Source of the DNA: Macrostomum hystrix
Lineage: Eukaryota > Animalia > Platyhelminthes
Assembly (NCBI GenBank): GCA_950097015.1
Contig: CATNEN010000002.1
Coordinates: 2,480,001 to 2,544,000 of the forward strand
Direction: 5' to 3'
DNA: 64,000 bases
Shown: one piece after another, positions 62,369 to 64,000 of the stretch
Layout of the letters: each line of letters begins with the position of its first letter
Numbering within the stretch: position 1 is the first letter of the stretch
Program-made: the position numbers and the translations under genes
The notes under the pieces: model-generated
Told to the model about the DNA's origin: nothing
Database searches by the model: none
What the model saw: the letters and a program-made list of their open reading frames with translations, nothing else

Positions 62369-64000
62369 CTAGACCTATGTACAAGTCCTATCAACGATAG
62401 GAACGGCGATTCTGGTGTGGCCGTCAATGACAAAGGACGTGGAGGACTTCGTAGCAACGTGTGACAAGTGTCAGAAGACGGCTCGAATCCCGATCAGCCA
62501 CCGGGTGCAGCTTGTGCTAGTGCCTCGAGTGGAGGAGGCCTTCACTAAAGTTATCATCGACCTAAGCGGGCCGTATCCAAGGACGGCGAGCGGTCACCAG
62601 TACATCCTGTCAGTTATCGACGCGGTTTCCAGAAGGATTCCCTCTGCGTAAGATCGACGCGGAGTCGCAGGAACGAGAGCTAAAGCCCGTAGATCAGGTG
62701 CTGCTGCTGTTGCCATCGACAGCCAAGAAGCTCCCCGCTAAATGGCGCGGCCCCTATGAAGTACTGGAGAAGTGCCGCGAGGTGAACTAACGAATTCGGA
62801 TTGGCTCGGCAACCAACACGTTCCACATCTGCTCAAGAAATACAACGCGCGACAGTCGATTCTGATGCAGCTGTCAGCGGCAACGACGGGTGCTCCTGCG
62901 CTGTCCGACCGTCTGAGCCCGGACGAGAGGGACCGTCTCCAGCAGCTGGTGCTGGACTTCGCGAACGTCTTCAGTGAGATGCGGTGAAGCACCGAATCTG
63001 GACGACATCTGACCGCGTTGTGCGCATCCAGCCTCTGCGGGAGCTGCAGGCGCATCGATCAACAGGTGCTCCAACAGGAGTTCCAAAGCATGCTGGACCT
63101 CGAGTGATCGGACCGTCAGAAAGTGACTACTGTTCTTCTGTCTAGTGGCCAAGACGGACGACTCGGTCCGATTCACTGTCAACTTCAAGGTGCTGAATAA
63201 GCTGGTGGCTTTCGATTCCTACCCAATGAAGAACATCGAGGATCTGCTGGAGCGAGTCGCCAAGGCCAAGTTCATGTCTAAGCAAGGGCTACTGGCAGAT
63301 TCCTCTGTCCGAGAACTCAAAGCGGCTGACGGCATTCGCGGCCGGTGGCAGGCTCTACCAATTCACCGTATACCCGTGTGTTTAAACGACAGAAGTGCAA
63401 CGCACCAGAGGGCTGGTCCAAACTGTTCCAAGGGCTGGGCAACGCAGACTCATACCTCGACGACATTGCCGTGTTCAGCGATCTTTGAACAGCACGTCCA
63501 CGACCTGAGGGAGGTGTTAGGCCGTTTCCAGGCTGCCTTTCTGACGGTGCAGCCACGCAAATGCTACCTGGGCGGCAACTCGGGGGACTACCTCGGCTTC
63601 AAGCTCGGCGGAGGCCAGATCGGCACGAGCGAGGATCGAGTGCGGACTGCACAGGCTCGACCCCTGACTAAGGCCCAGCTGCGATCAGTGCTCGGAGTGC
63701 TCAACCAATACCATCGGTTCGTGCCCGGCTACTCCGACAAGGTGGCAGCCCTGACGGACCTCACGAAGATGTCGGCGCCTGAGGACCTAAGAGCGGCCTG
63801 GGGAGAACAACAGACTCGAGCCTTCGAGAAAGTGAAGTCTCTGCTGGCGAGCGAGCCGGTACTACGCGCGCCGGATTGCAGTCGGCCATTCATTCTGGAG
63901 ACGGACAGCTCGGAGACCGGCATCAGCGCGGTGCTAACGCAAGAGTTCCAGGACGGCAATCATCCTGTGCTATTCGTGTCACGGCGTACCTGCAGATGGA
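62369..64000 (+). mobile_element. Second, near-identical copy of the Gmr1-like relic (runs off the window)
   Basis: Colinear with 8385-10016 at offset 53984, with few substitutions. YLDD is retained here. Confidence 0.85.

Overview
This is eukaryotic (animal, invertebrate-like) genomic DNA, not prokaryotic: it has GT-AG introns, tRNA-derived SINEs, minisatellites and LTR/non-LTR retrotransposons. The species cannot be determined from the sequence. The backbone is an array of three inverted/tandem paralogues of one modular, secreted immunoglobulin-superfamily gene. Gene A (minus, 5782-18058) has 19 exons that I spliced by hand into an open 1301-aa frame: signal peptide, Ig, laminin-EGF, laminin IV/B, laminin-EGF, 7 Ig (perlecan-like but minimal). 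Gene B (plus, 35093-36577) is signal peptide plus 2 Ig, ended by a premature stop. Gene C (minus, 42635-59003) is signal peptide plus 5 Ig with one 1-nt frameshift. An orphan exon copy lies at about 25 kb. Each paralogue carries a different subset of phase-1 exon modules, and they differ mainly in short clustered amino-acid patches. Five Crypton/DUF3504-type tyrosine-recombinase (YR) loci or fragments are interleaved, flanked by a shared CCATAGA/TCTATGG motif. Other elements: a near-intact BEL/Pao LTR element (341-bp LTRs, GTGTC TSD), a LOA-clade LINE (5' HDV-like ribozyme, 12-bp TSD, endonuclease deleted) inserted in a YR gene, two copies of an integrase-before-RT (Gmr1-like) Gypsy relic, two SINE families and a family of 20/21-bp minisatellites. 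The most interesting candidate system is a diversifying Ig-domain gene cluster with a possible link to YR-mediated rearrangement; that link is inference only.
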